A stretch of DNA of 63,195 nucleotides, counting the filler, from Octopus bimaculoides (taxonomy: Eukaryota): the NCBI RefSeq assembly GCF_001194135.2. It is 4 parts of 3 records of this genome, joined end to end, with 100 filler letters (N's around TTAATTAATTAA, not from the genome) between each part and the next. Parts side by side here need not be neighbours in the genome. Positions count along the whole stretch, not along the records: positions 1 to 28,691 come from NC_068984.1; 3 more parts are not named here. The stretch is one strand, 5' to 3'. Of this stretch, positions 1 to 13,337 are shown piece by piece (the stretch's first letter is position 1; every line of letters starts with the position of its first letter). The notes below the pieces were generated by a model that worked only from the letters and a program-made list of their open reading frames with translations, made no database searches and was not told where the DNA came from. The position numbers were made by a program, and so were the translations under genes.

Positions 1-4
1 TATT

Positions 5-36
<32 letters not shown>

Positions 37-1079
37 CACATATATATATAATATATATAATATGCATAGGTCTTGATGTCATTGTCATTAACTACATGCG
101 TTGAAACATTAACATGCGTGCCCTAATATATTTATGTATATGTATCTATGAGGGAGAATCTTTGTAACTCTGTTTAATGGAGTATGCAGTTGGTGATATT
201 CTTCCGGTTCCGCAGTAAGTCACTGTTGTTTTTACTTCCTGTTTTTTACTGAATCCTTAGAAGAATTCAACGAGGTTGCTTTGATCGGACGGCCATTTTG
301 GAAAGTTTGAAATCGTTGTTTAAACAGAAGGTCACAGTTGACAACAACATGGTACAAGAACGCTTCATTCATATCCTGCAGTATAAGGATCAGTGCACAT
401 TCATCACACACCTTTCAATAAGCAGAGAATCATGCATGAGCTTCCATTATCATACACACACACCCACACCCACACCCACACACACACACACATATATATA
501 TAATCGTATATATGTCTACGTACGCACATACATAGTCACATGCTCATATGCATGCACGTAAGTGGATATATAGGTGTAGATATATCTATCTACGTGCATC
601 AATGGTATGTATATATGTAATATGTAGTTATATTAATATATGATCAGTTGTATCGCATGTCCAGCGAGGAAATATTCAAAGTCCATTGATCGGCTCTTCG
701 ATAATCAATAGATACATGTACAATACATTTTATGTTGTTTCTTTTATTATTATTCTTCATTCGTCAAGACGTTTGAATCTCTGTACATTCAAAGTCGCCA
801 TCGTTCAGGACTACCAATAATTTGAAAATAATTTCTGAAGTAAATTACCAGAATCAGAACCAGGAGGGTGTTATTTGCTATGTACCAAACTACACAGGGC
901 TAACGTCGAAATGAGAATAAAACATCCAAGAATACACTACGATTTTGATTTTACCTTTTGTCGGCGTCTCTTTGATCTTTTGGAATATTAGGAAACCATT
1001 GGCTTCCTGGAAACAACGTTTCCATTTCGCAATTGTGAAGCGTTGACGGCAATATTACAGGAAGTTGCTACATTCCATC

Positions 1080-1540
1080 TATACATCAGTCTTCTGCAAC
1101 CTCTATTCCTGGACTTGGTGGGTCGTGTGTGCAAAGTGCGCAGGCATTTTCTTCATTGGGTCCTATCAGAAGCAACTGAAATCACACTTTCCAGATGGTT
1201 TCCCCAGCCAAACCAACTGACACGATATATATTTTACAGCCATATCCTTCTTGGTTTCCCCAAGGCGTCCTTCTCCAAGAATCCATCTTGCGGCTCTTTC
1301 CTGCTACATCCTAACCATATGTCTTTCGTAGCAGGGCTGTGTCCTTTCAACGTAGGGAAGTAGCGGCTCGCATGCACAAGACCCTGACTTTCGACCTACG
1401 AACCTTATCCAGTAACATTACTACAGAGACCCTCTTGAAGAACTCCATTTCGGCCACTTATATTCGCGATCGTATTCTTTCGAAATCCGAATCATTGGAC
1501 TGAGACACAAAAATTCACTCAACACCATACTTTAACCTGG
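1080..1540 (-). mobile_element. RTE-clade LINE, decayed 3' fragment
   Basis: Minus-strand translation with stops and frameshifts: KYGVE*, ERIRSRI*VAEMEFFKRVSVVMLLDKVRRSKVR, GKPRRIWL*NI, VASDRTQ*R. These follow the RTE C-terminal pattern (YGxExW; RIQAAEMxFLRR; GRPRRRW; AxDRxxW). Confidence 0.75.
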
Positions 1541-1934
1541 AGCTCTGTGATGCTCCAGAAATGAATCATACAATCACATAATCTATATAGTATAAGGTAT
1601 AATGTATTAATCAGTATTCATACGTTCGCAGTAGTGAAAACGGTCACAGGGAAATAAAAAATATCCGTACGAAATTTCTTCAAGCTGAATATAAATTTGA
1701 AAATTATTTTTACAAATTTGCGGCCTTTTGTTTATACACATGACAGCCATATTGATACAAACACCGAAGCGAATATTATTATGATACGACTGAATTATTT
1801 ATTGTATAAATAGCGACTTACAATAAAGAAGCAATCGATGAATTTCCAATGTACACAGTGTTTTTAAGGAATTCCATTTCAAATCTATCGATGAGAATTT
1901 TTGATGCTTAAAGAGTTCATTGTTTCATCTACAC

Positions 1935-2060
1935 TGAGGCAATGCGATTTCAAGAGGATGTTGAAGTCAAGGTAAAGCTGAGAGCTGTATTAAATGCCAT
2001 TCATAATTGCTCTTTGTACCATAAGGATCTGGTAGATTGTGCGGGTCTCTTATGGCTACT
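1935..2060 (+). mobile_element. possible mariner transposase C-terminal remnant
   Basis: MRFQEDVEVKVKLRAVLNAIHNCSLYHKDLVD loosely resembles the mariner RFxSDEEVK...FYxxGIxxLV tail; weak. Confidence 0.25.
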
Positions 2061-3784
2061 TAATGCATGAACTTAAACTGAACTCGATACGTAGTTCCAT
2101 TCCTAAGAAGGCGAGAATGCGTGAAAGACATTAACCATCGTCAGTATAACCATATTCATGCGGCCCCTTCTTTTTCTCTCCTACCCTTTATCATCATCAT
2201 CAGCAGCAGCAGCAGCAGCAGTAGAGGCAGCAATATTAGTGATAGCGAAACCAGTTGGAAGCGAAAGTCATTCTTTATCAATAAAAAGCAAGATTCAAAG
2301 AGTTCTAAAAGGAGAAAGTTCAGTCACTTAGATTGTCTACGATTGTAGGCATCAAACCATCAAATAGTTGTAGAAATATAAAACTAATATTTTTTAAATA
2401 GATTAAATATATATATATATATATATATATATANNNNNNNNNNNNNNNNNNNNNNNNNNNNNNNNNNNNNNNNNNNNNNNNNNNNNNNNNNNNNNNNNNN
2501 NNNNNNNNNNNNNNNNNNNNNNNNNNNNNNNNNNNNNNNNNNNNNNNNNNNNNNNNNNNNNNNNNNNNNNNNNNNNNNNNNNNNNNNNNNNNNNNNNNNN
2601 NNNNNNNNNNNNNNNNNNNNNNNNNNNNNNNNNNNNNNNNNNNNNNNNNNNNNNNNNNNNNNNNNNNNNNNNNNNNNNNNNNNNNNNNNNNNNNNNNNNN
2701 NNNNNNNNNNNNNNNNNNNNNNNNNNNNNNNNNNNNNNNNNNNNNNNNNNNNNNNNNNNNNNNNNNNNNNNNNNNNNNNNNNNNNNNNNNNNNNNNNNNN
2801 NNNNNNNNNNNNNNNNNNNNNNNNNNNNNNNNNNNNNNNNNNNNNNNNNNNNNNNNNNNNNNNNNTATATATATATATATATTAATGTATTGTAGTTTCT
2901 AATTAGAACTGCTGATTGGTGTTTTATTCTGTAGACCCTTGTGTTGACTGCGATTATAGCCATTGGATGCTGAAGAATTAAATGTGAAGGAAAATAAAGA
3001 TCAAATTTCTATAACACTGTGATATTTAATTCTATAAGTTAAAGAAGTGTTAAATGGGCGACATATTTAATCAAATGTATATGTATTATGTATGTATGTA
3101 CACACGTATTTATTTGTGTGTGTATACATATATGTGTTGTGTGTGTGTTTGAGTGTGTGTGTGTATGTGTTTTGGGGGTGTTTAGGATGTTGACTAAAGT
3201 GTGCTTGTGTGTGTAGATCAGATGCATGGGTGCGTGAATGTGGGTATTTTATTGGTTGCATATGTGTGTGTGTGTGTGTGCGCGCGCTTGTGTGTTTATG
3301 TGTATGTTTTTATTAATAGTATTCATCATTTTTCAGAAATTATGATAGTGCCTAGAGATAGATGGAAGGCATACAGAAGTGTTTCAATAAAATGTATTGC
3401 CTTATGATTTCATCTGCTTTTAAGTATATAACCGGCAGTGTGTCATGGAGGCCACATAGCAGCTGAATATTATTGGATAAATATCAACACAAACGGATAA
3501 TAGCATATGAAAGCAACACGGAACGCAGTGTTTATGCCGCTCTATATGATTTGTCGTATGAAATGATAGAAATACGAAATAAAATTAGTGAACCAATCGA
3601 AACTAACTCTAAGATTTAGTACTTAGTTATTTTGCTAGAGCCGATACAATAAAACGTCGTTAGCCCAGGTTCGATTCTTTCATCAGTATCACCCACCACC
3701 GAAATTATTTCCTCATGCCAATCTACCAAATGAATATAATCTATTCTATCATTTTACTTCTAGTGAGAAATACAATTATAACTA

Positions 3785-3985
3785 AGCGTTGAGGAGACTC
3801 CGTTCGGTAATGAAAGACCATAGGATTGCACCTAGAAAGTTACCCTACGAGGCACAAGTTGGGCAAGGTTGTTTGTGGAAGGCTAGCAGTCGTCCAAGCA
3901 TATCAGCTTCCTCTCTCCGCACTATTGATGTTATCCAAGGGAAAGGCAAAGGCCGATACAGCTTGGCACCAGTGATGTCGCATTA
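3785..3985 (-). mobile_element. SINE body/3' part
   Basis: gatgttatccaagggaaaggcaaaggccgatacagcttggcaccag is shared with 24880-25110. Confidence 0.65.
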
Positions 3986-5051
3986 CGTTCTGCTAATTAG
4001 GGAATCAACGTCTCTATGTCCATATACATTCTGATCTGTATTTATTTAGCATCACATCAGAGACATAAATGTAATATGTATTACTAACCACGTCACGACT
4101 ATGCTTTCAATATGGCGGATACATGAATATCACTCGTTGTAATGAGTTCATTATATCATCTCAATGATTTTGCTTTTGTTTCTAGAAAGGACATTTCATT
4201 TTAGGTGATTCATTTTGTCCCCATTTCATGAGCAAGTAACTTATCTTATGTGATCATTCGCATAGGTTTCATTCCTGGAAAACAATAGCAAATAGCAAAT
4301 GCGCTATATCCTTATCGCTAAAATATCTGTTAGATGTGCTATGCACAAGTTAATCATGATCTGATATATAGTCCTTGTAAAGAGAAATATGCATATTAAA
4401 AAAAATGAAATTAATGATTTTTCATTTTTGCATTCGACCACATCATACAAGGAAAATATTGTGAAACAAAAGCAGGAAAATAAAAATGTCAAATGTGAAA
4501 AACCGTTGGTTATTTATCATATACAAAAACTGCGTTAACATTCCCACTGGTGATTTACGATATTTGATCATAGATAGGTAGATATTTTATTTGATTACCA
4601 ACAGTATTATATTACCAAAACATATTTTTATAGTAATGGATGCTTGATGTAAAGCGATAGATAATTTAGCTGTGTATATAATTCATCAAAATGGAAAACA
4701 AAAATGAAAAAAGAAAGTTAAGCTCGTGCAGAAATTTTGAGAAAATATGTTAGAAAGACAATAAAAACAGGTCGTCTAAGCTTTTGTCATGAAGAAAAAG
4801 GATGATTGAAAAATAGAAATAAAATATTGATCCAGTAAATAAGGAGAGCTTGTTCATTCTAAATTCTCAGATAACTTTGAAGACAATGTTTTGTAATACA
4901 AAAAATAGCTACCAGTAATAAACTCTGTTCCGTTGAAATCGAAATGCCTGTCATCAATACAATAATATAAATTGTTGCGAGGAAAGAGGAAAATGATAGA
5001 AGTAAATCGCAAAGTACCAGAAATATCAACATTTTTGTTCTGTCATTACAG

Positions 5052-5170
5052 ATGCAGAAGGAGATCGACTAGATGAGGATTTCAACGGTGAACGAAGAGC
5101 ACTCGATGGTATTACAATTGAGTGCTTTGTCGGAAAAACGTTCTGCGCGAGCAAAAAGCGAACCGGATAA
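5052..5170 (+). CDS. candidate terminal coding exon of a neuropeptide-like precursor
   Basis: Acceptor ttttgttctgtcattacag ends at 5051. Only one frame stays open: (D)AEGDRLDEDFNGE-RR-ALDGITIECFVGKTFCAS-KKR-TG*. AATAAA at 5306-5311. No upstream exon found. Confidence 0.4.
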
Positions 5171-5843
5171 CTAGAATGGTGCTGGGCAAATATTATCCTA
5201 TCACCGACTTCGAATCATATTATGGTAAAGACAGTGAACACTGAACTGATTGTTCATCTAGTTCTAAATATTTACCAAAGGTTTGAATAATATCGTTTTC
5301 CATTAAATAAAAGAGATGCGTTTCTACGAGATCGCATGATCTTCGAGTCTATACACTGTTACATTAAACTGAAGTGTATTTTAGAAAATTAGATACTGTA
5401 AACATTATGTACGAATAGATGACATTCTCACCTATGGAACGTCATTGATCATATGAATTGTCCAGCTGAGTTGACATGGGACTTTCAAAGAGAAAAAAAT
5501 GTTAACTTGACGGTTGTTTCATTAGCATACAATGCTATGTACGGCTCTTCATACGGATATAATTTTCACACCGATATGAACTCAGAAGTCAATTTTCAAG
5601 AGGTACACAAGGACAGGTAGATTTCACAATGCAAACAATTAAAATGGTTGTCTCTCACGGACATTGTAAAATGTAAACTACTACTTTGCTGATTCAGTAT
5701 ACAATAGTTCAGTCAGGTTGGCATTTCATAAGTTATATGTTCCAGAAACTTGACGCTTAAAGAAACTAATTTGTTTTACTCTAACAAGGCACCACCATGT
5801 ACGTTCAAAATGGTGGTCTCTCCTGTCGTATACGAGAGATGAG

Positions 5844-6523
5844 CGTGGCGCAGTTTCTTCTACGGATGATTTTTTTTTTATAATGATTTTTTTTTATAAT
5901 GATCAAATATTTATCTATTATCCATTTGTGGCACTCACCTATAACAACGTTGGACTAAATGGTGTATTAACGATGCATTTAGGTTAGCGTTAACATATTT
6001 AACGCACGGAAGGGCGACAAGCTAGTAGAAAAGTTAGCAAGCCGGACGAAATGCCTAGTGTTATTTCATCTGCCGTTACCATCTNNNNNNNNNNNNNNNN
6101 NNNNNNNNNNNNNNNNNNNNNNNNNNNNNNNNNNNNNNNNNNNNNNNNNNNNNNNNNNNNNNNNNNNNNNNNNNNNNNNNNNNNNNNNNNNNNNNNNNNN
6201 NNNNNNNNNNNNNNNNNNNNNNNNNNNNNNNNNNNNNNNNNNNNNNNNNNNNNNNNNNNNNNNNNNNNNNNNNNNNNNNNNNCGTGGCGCAGTTTCTTCT
6301 ACGGATGATTTTTTTTTTATAATGATTTTTTTTTATAATGATCAAATATTTATCTATTATCCATTTGTGGCACTCACCTATAACAACGTTGGACTAAATG
6401 GTGTATTAACGATGCATTTAGGTTAGCGTTAACATATTTAACGCACGGAAGGGCGACAAGCTAGTAGAAAAGTTAGCAAGCCGGACGAAATGCCTAGTGT
6501 TATTTCATCTGCCGTTACCATCT
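5844..6523. repeat. identical ~240-bp direct repeat either side of an N gap, probably an unmerged contig overlap
   Basis: 5844-6084 equals 6283-6523, each copy touching the gap. Confidence 0.8.
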
Positions 6524-7157
6524 GAGTTCAAATTCCGCCGAGTTCAAATTCCTTCATCAAATCGATTTTGCCAGTACAGATGAACGAGGGTCACAGGTCG
6601 GAGGTCGAAGTAATCGCATAGCAACGTGAAATGCGAGATTTTTATAAAAAAACATTACCCATCACTCGGTCAGAGAATCCAAACTACGTTCTTGTTTATT
6701 GTGAAAGACATCACTTTTAGTTACAAGGCTACTCACCCTCACATACATTTACAATACTGCTGCAATAAATGAGAGCGTTGGAAAATTCTGCGAGATTTCT
6801 ATCTGGTTATGGTGAAATGGTCTACAAAACCTAATATTTTCAGTGGGGCGCTAATAAACAATGTTCGGTAAACTAGCTAATATCTGATATTATTAGTGTC
6901 GTCTCAAAATGAATAAAACGTTCAAATATCGAAAGAACTATAACAAATTCGACTTTAGGCGAAGTTAGTTTGGCAAAGGGAAAAAATTACCCATGGTAGA
7001 ATTTGAATTTAGTACTTTAAAATTGCGCTCGTCAATTATGTTGCCTTGTAATGAACTATGTCTATTATCCATTTGTGGCATTCACCTATAACAACGTTGG
7101 ACTAAATGGTGTATTAACGATGCATTTAGGTTAGCGTTAACATATTTAACGCACGGA

Positions 7158-7392
7158 AAGGCGACAAGCTAGTAGAAAAGTTAGCAAGCCGGACGAAATG
7201 CCTAGTGGTATTTCATCTGCCGTTACCATCTGAGTTCAAATTCCGCCGAGGTCGACTTTGCCTTTCATCCTTTCGGGGTTGATTAAATAAGTACCAATTA
7301 CTCACTGGGGTTGATGTAATCGAATAAATTCCTTTGTCTATCCTTGTTTGTCCCCTCTATGTTTAGCCCCCTGTGAGAAATAAAGAAAGAAA
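7158..7392 (+). mobile_element. tRNA-derived SINE family A, near full length
   Basis: A-box-like head, B box gagttcaaattcc, central gtcgactttgcctttcatcctttcggggttgattaaataagtacc, A-rich tail. The central block resembles the Meta/Sauria-type SINE domain as I recall it. Confidence 0.85.
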
Positions 7393-8205
7393 TATTTAAC
7401 GCACAGAGCATAAAAAGCCTAGCAAGAAAACAATGAGGGAAAAAAAATCAATATTGGTCACTTGCTGATGTTAATTTAGTTAATTCAAAGATTGTGTAGA
7501 TTGTTTACAGTCTTATCATTTGAACATCGGTGAAGTGCCGAGAGCTAGCAAGGTACGAAATGATCATCATGACACACGGTAGACTCGATAAACTGTGAAT
7601 CAAAAATAAATAGACAAAAAATAACGTAAAGAATCTTTGAAATATGTCTGTTACAATGTCAATTAATGCAAGCAATTAAATGCAAAAGACTAGACAATGT
7701 TCCCCCGGGGAGTAAAAACAGATCAAAACTCAGTAATCTGTGTAGTGTATGTCCAACTAATAAGTACGTCGCATTATAATAAACTAAATAAACTAAATAA
7801 ATAAATAAATAAACGAGAAGAGGAATAATAAGTAAGTTATAATGAGAAAATGTGCAAATTCTATCACCAGTTCATAGACTCACATTGTGTCAATGGACTT
7901 CGAGGTTCTTGGAAGGAAAACCAATCTAGGAAATGAAGTTGACAGATAGAGTAAAACTGATTGTAAATCTGATAGCAACACCATTAACATTAATATCAAA
8001 ACATGTACAACCTTCCCGAGTTCCAGTTTTCCGTTTATTCTAATTGCTGTTCAATCATCCTGAAAACGTGTTTCTATCGGCTCTTAACTTGTCGAAGGAA
8101 AATGAAAAAAAAAAAGAAAGGAGAAAGCGTTACATATATGCTTGTACCTTGCTACACAAATACGCACTCACGCACATACACAGACACACAGACACACAGA
8201 CACAC

Positions 8206-8207
<2 letters not shown>

Positions 8208-8257
<50 letters not shown>

Positions 8258-8410
8258 CATACATGATATATCCATGCCCACAAGGACTGAGTCTAAAATG
8301 CCCGATTACTACTACTACGATGACGACCACGACCACGACAAGGAGGACTGCTACTACTACTGCTCTTACTGCTGCAGCATCTGCTACTCTACTACTACTA
8401 CAACTACTAT
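8208..8410. repeat. (GATA)n followed by degenerate (ACT/ACG)n microsatellite
   Basis: Direct sequence. Confidence 0.95.
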
Positions 8411-8782
8411 TACTAATACATTGTGTCATTGAAAGGAAAAGCAGTCGGCAGGCCGGTTCGTCCCAGTTAGTCCTTACGTTTTAACCATTTGAATCTCATT
8501 TTAAAGGCTAGTCTTTTCACAAAGACAGTGCCTTGTAGTGACTCTTTAAAATATCAAAAAGTATTTCCGGAATAGCATATTGTTTGAGGCGCATCTGTCC
8601 ATTGTAAATTCGATTGAATTCTTTGTTTCATAATATCGAAATAAATCTATATCGGAAATTTTGAAGCACAGAAACTTGTTTAAAAATATAACAGTGTTTT
8701 ATATCTAAGTTTAACAAGTATTAGACGAACAGAACAGCGTTTAACATAGTTGCATTTCAACCTCCTCGAATGTGTTAACAAT

Positions 8783-8989
8783 TCGAGCGGGTGCTGAAAA
8801 GTTTCTGGCTTTGGGTAATAGAAAATACAAGAGAGTCACTTAATTATGACTTTATCCAACATATTCCCCTCTCAGATTCAAACATTTAGAAAGTTTTTCT
8901 AAGCCCTGTAAAAGAACTCGGAAGTTTGGGCCGCCAACCAGGCTTTTCTCGACACCCTTAGAACCAGGAACTTTTCAGCACCTCTCGTA
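8783..8989. mobile_element. mariner-type MITE
   Basis: TIRs cgagcgggtgctgaaaagtttctgg and ccaggaacttttcagcacctctcg, with TA on the right flank. Confidence 0.8.
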
Positions 8990-9606
8990 TGCAAGTCATC
9001 GTATACATTTAGAATTGTATGTAAATCGTTATCAATACGAATATTGCTGTTCAGTAACTTTATATACACATTTACTTGGAAGTTTGTAACAGCTGAATAC
9101 AATGTCTGAGGTAACGTGATACGCATAAGCAGGTTATAAGGGATATTATTTAGAATTTTATTTACCTGAAGTGACATATGCAATAAGATTTCAACACATC
9201 ATCCGAAGCCAACAACATCCTCCGCTTTCCATTTGTGAGAACTATTGACCTAACATATCAATTTTCACGAGAATGGACTTTATTTCGTAATGAAATTAAT
9301 ACAGTACGAGTAACTACGAACTTTCAGTAGTGACCTTTTTGTCAATTTCTGTTGACACAAAGAACTTTATTTGTTTATCTATATGCAATTTAATTAAACA
9401 ATCAATTAACACAATCAGAACCATGATATGATTAAACTACAATCTTTTGATTTCGTGTAAAATACAAACCAGAAAAATTAATCCAAGAAAATGAAATCTC
9501 GCAGAAAAAAAATTTACAGAAAAAATAAAACGTCACAAATCAATCTCACCGAAAAATGTCACAGTGAGAAAAGTTATCCAACAGGAAGGTATCCACGTAA
9601 GCTTAG

Positions 9607-9695
9607 ATAATCTTTTCTACTATAGGCACAAGGCCCGCAATTTGAGGAGAAGGGGCAGTCGATAACATCGACCCCAGTATGCAACTGGGATCTTT
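9607..9695 (-). mobile_element. SINE family A, 3' part
   Basis: tttctactataggcacaaggcc...agtcgataacatcgaccccagt matches the other family A copies. Confidence 0.75.
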
Positions 9696-10292
9696 TCCTA
9701 TTGGCCGGCACATAGGAAAAATAATTGTTTGTAACTAAACACTTTCAAATTTCGTATACTGGTAGAATGTGTCATTTAAAACATCATTTACTCTTGGCGT
9801 TTTTAAGAAAATTCTTTATTTTCGAAGTTATTTCCTGTTAAAATTGTCGTGTTTCAGTAATTTCATTTTGCTCGGCTTACTAACGATTATGCCAGCTCGC
9901 CGCCTTATCTTAAAAAGTTATATTAAAATTCCTTTTAAATAATTAAATCTTCAATTCATTATATGGTTGTATCAGAGAAACATTGGAGGTGAAAATGCAA
10001 TAAAATACTTTCGTATTGAAATGTTAGTCTTTCATATAAAAGTTACTATTTATTTCATTTGTTTTTTAATTTTGTTTGTAAGGAACCACAAATTGCAGAC
10101 AGACAAAGACAAGCCACTGTAGTGGAACTCGAAGTATATATCTCTTGCTAAATAACATCTTTACTGATTATCATATAGAAAGACTTTGACTGTCTCTTCT
10201 TCGTAGTTAGTTTATAATTTATATTCAATGTTTATTCTGTCTTGATGATGTTTCATTAAAGTAAATTGTAAACATCGGAGATATATTGATTG

Positions 10293-10500
10293 TGAAGGCG
10301 TGTGGCTGAGTGGTTAAGTTATTCAGCTCAAGGTGTATTTCAAAGTGCCAACCTTGTTATCATTGAGCCACGCTGAATCTCATTGAGATCTACGTTTTGA
10401 GAATGCACATGTGTGGAGTGCTCAGCCACTTACACGTTAATTTCACGAGCAGATTGTTCCATTGATCAGATCAACTGGAACTATTCCGGGTCTTCGTACA
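10293..10500 (+). mobile_element. tRNA-derived SINE family B, internally deleted
   Basis: Head gaaggcgtgtggctgagtggtta; tail gtggagtgctcagccacttacacgttaatttcacgagc shared with 52355-52530 and, inverted, with 15735-16012. Confidence 0.8.
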
Positions 10501-13164
10501 CGATGTCACCTAAACAAATAAGGGCCCTCACAAACTTTCGTGAAAACATTTTACTTTTAAATAGTTAAATATGATTGGAGGCATGTTAACCTGGTTTTAA
10601 AGATCCGCTAACTACTTATATCAGCAGATATTAATTAAATTTTAAATACATTATTCAAACACTACAAAATGTGCTGAGATTTCACAGATACTTTAAAGCT
10701 AACAAAATATTTGCCCTTCCACTAACGAGCATTACTAACCCACAGTATCAAGTTACGCGTGGCTCGAATTTATTTGACTATGTACAATACAAGTAACGAT
10801 ATATTGAAGGTTAATAGTGTCCTTGGATCTCTGACATCTTATTAATTCATACAACCGCAATTTAATTATGCAACTAATCAGAACAAACTGAGTTATATTA
10901 TGATTATGCCGAGTTTATTCTATTGTAATAAAGCACTCGATTAATAACATATAAGTTCACTATGGTATCAATAAAACAATGTAACGTAAAAGTTATAAGT
11001 TCCTATCACTGGTTCGACGTCGCATCTTCATATACCATTTGACCGAAGATAATTAACCATACAATATTCTAACATTCTGAGATACAGTTAATGAACTTTT
11101 TTTTTTCCTTGAATATCAACGAAATTTTTTATTTTATTTTAGACTTGCACATAGGTTGTTTAATTCAATTTTTTTTTTTTTTTTCGTTTTATTTCAGGAA
11201 ACCATATAACATCGAGAAAGTTTATCCAACGGAAGGTTAATTAGATTGTCATCAGAAGAACAGTAAATATCCAGCATTTCCAGAGTATTGACTGTTCTGA
11301 TCGCAATATCAAGGTTACTTTCTCAGTTATTAAATGTTACACAATATTAAAGAATATACAAATGATTTTCATTCTTATTACTTTTCATTCGTCTTTATTT
11401 TCGACTACTTTGGAAGACTAATACACCCACCAGTGTTCCTCATATTAGTGAGCAATCTAATGGCATATAAACCAGGACAAATTCTGGTCAAATTCTAGTG
11501 GGGCGACACTGCTCCTCAGCTGCCATAATAAGGACCTCTCTTTTGAATTTAAGTCCGAATGTTTCTGATTTAAAACCATTAGCAGCAGATACCCGGTAGT
11601 GCATCATGAAGTATCAACATCAGGATCGATGTCCTTGTACAATAGTTATCATGAAATGCCTTACCTCTCCATGTAATACACATGGATCTTTTTATTTTTA
11701 TATCGATACTACTTATCTCATTGATGGGTCATCTTATATTAAAGTTTTGAATGGCAACAGGTAGAGCAAGGACACTGATAGCATCAACCATTAAGTTCGC
11801 CTTTTAGGATAGTTTTATCGCATTCTTTCGGTATTTCTTCGAACATTTGTAGCTGCTGGATACAACTAAATACTTCTATTTTTTCTACATGATGGCAGTC
11901 TTTTCTTCTGTTGTGCGTTTAAAAATATTTCGCACATTTAAAAACACTGAACTCTATGTGAATATCGTCATTAAATTATTTTATTCTTGTTAAAAGTAAT
12001 TCCAGTTGTTTATCAAATTTTTCGAAAAGTTTAAGATCATCTATGTCAAGGAGGTGATGGAATTGACCTGTTGTGTATTCTGTATCCATGTTTTGTATCA
12101 TTGAACAGCTTACTTAAGGGAATGAAAACCATATAAGAGAGGTTCACCTTGATACGCTGCAGTTTATCCCACTGTCGCCAGCAGTCACAGTACCCATCTA
12201 TAAATTCAATATAAGAGCTGTATTCTAGTGTTTCGTGCTATTTGATAGAAGATTACCAATAACGGGATAGATTTTATAGACTGTCAGGAATTTATCACTC
12301 CAGCTCTATCAGATGCATGTTTTGTAATTAATCCATGCAATGGGAAGATTTCTGTGTCGTTTATGTCATTCATCTAGAATCATTTTATTGATTAAAAGGT
12401 AGTTTTTACACCCATATGGGCCACATTTTTGAGGTAATTTACAGTCTTCCATTAGGAAGGTATATGTTGATTTAATAACTATGGATGTTAACAATTTTAT
12501 ATATGGTTGTAAGACATATTATGAGTTAATAAATTTGTCAGTTATTATTTTCCTCACTTTTAGGGAGCAAGTATTTTCTTTTATGAGTCAAGGAAGAGAT
12601 TTTCTCCGGAATAATGCATGATATTACTGTACAGATGGCGCAATTCCTCGTAAGCTCCATAGAGAGCATTCAACTAGAAGTTAGAGATTATGTCATTTCT
12701 AGGGGATTTCTTATTTCTTTACTGCCCACAAGGGGCTAGGGGATTTCTAGGGGATTTCAATGTGCTAGACCTTCTCAGATCAATCCTGAGATTTTCGAGA
12801 GAGATATCATTTCATATTCGTTCTTTAAGGTGTTCAGTGTTCCTCTCTTGCAGGGGATTCGAACAATTTGATTTCTGAAACTTAGTTCCTCCTCAGAGCA
12901 ATGTGTTTAACAGTTACAGTAAATTTTGCAATTCTTCTATAGAAGCTATTAGAAATTTTTCGTTTCATTCTATTACAATAGGTAACACATATTTCACTGA
13001 ATGATATCTGACACGCGATTCAAAGTAATTTAGTTGCGTTGAATACGTATTTCAACTCGGTTTATCTTTATCAGGCCCTAATTCTTGTCAATAGACTATG
13101 TGCCATTTTCCAGATTTTTCAAATGAGGACTAAAAAATTATGTGTCCAAATTTATTTTCCTGTT

Positions 13165-13337
13165 TCATGAATACGAGCTGTTCAAACTACTGTAAAATTA
13201 CATTATTTTCTAGCTCGGAACTGAGAAAACTAATAAGGAGTATACAGGAGGCGGTCGAAAAAGCCAGCTTCTATATATGGCTGAAGCGGGAAGACCAAAA
13301 ATGGCTTGAAAGTCATAACATGCCGGCAGGAAAATAA
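13165..13337 (+). mobile_element. HERO-like RLE non-LTR retrotransposon, ORF C-terminus
   Basis: LRKLIRSIQEAVEKASFYIWLKREDQKW matches the HERO terminal motif AxERASxWxWLxR as I recall it. Confidence 0.6.

Noticed and set aside
5526-5616. Possible exon AYNAMYGSSYGYNFHTDMNSEVNFQEVHKD
   Set aside because: Splice sites are only moderate, there is no recognisable homology, and it lies after the stop of the 5052 candidate.
5844-6523. Perfect 240-bp tandem repeat
   Set aside because: Copies are identical and abut the gap, so most likely an unmerged contig overlap.
9480-9595. Similarity of gagaaaagttatccaacaggaaggt to 11213-11237
   Set aside because: A short A-rich match; the 9480-9590 tract looks like transposon subterminal repeats, and paralogous exons are not supported.
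12860-12900. Minus-strand CTGAGGA-GGAAC(TAA)GTTTC-A-GAAA
   Set aside because: No NUH site followed by a stem I complement.
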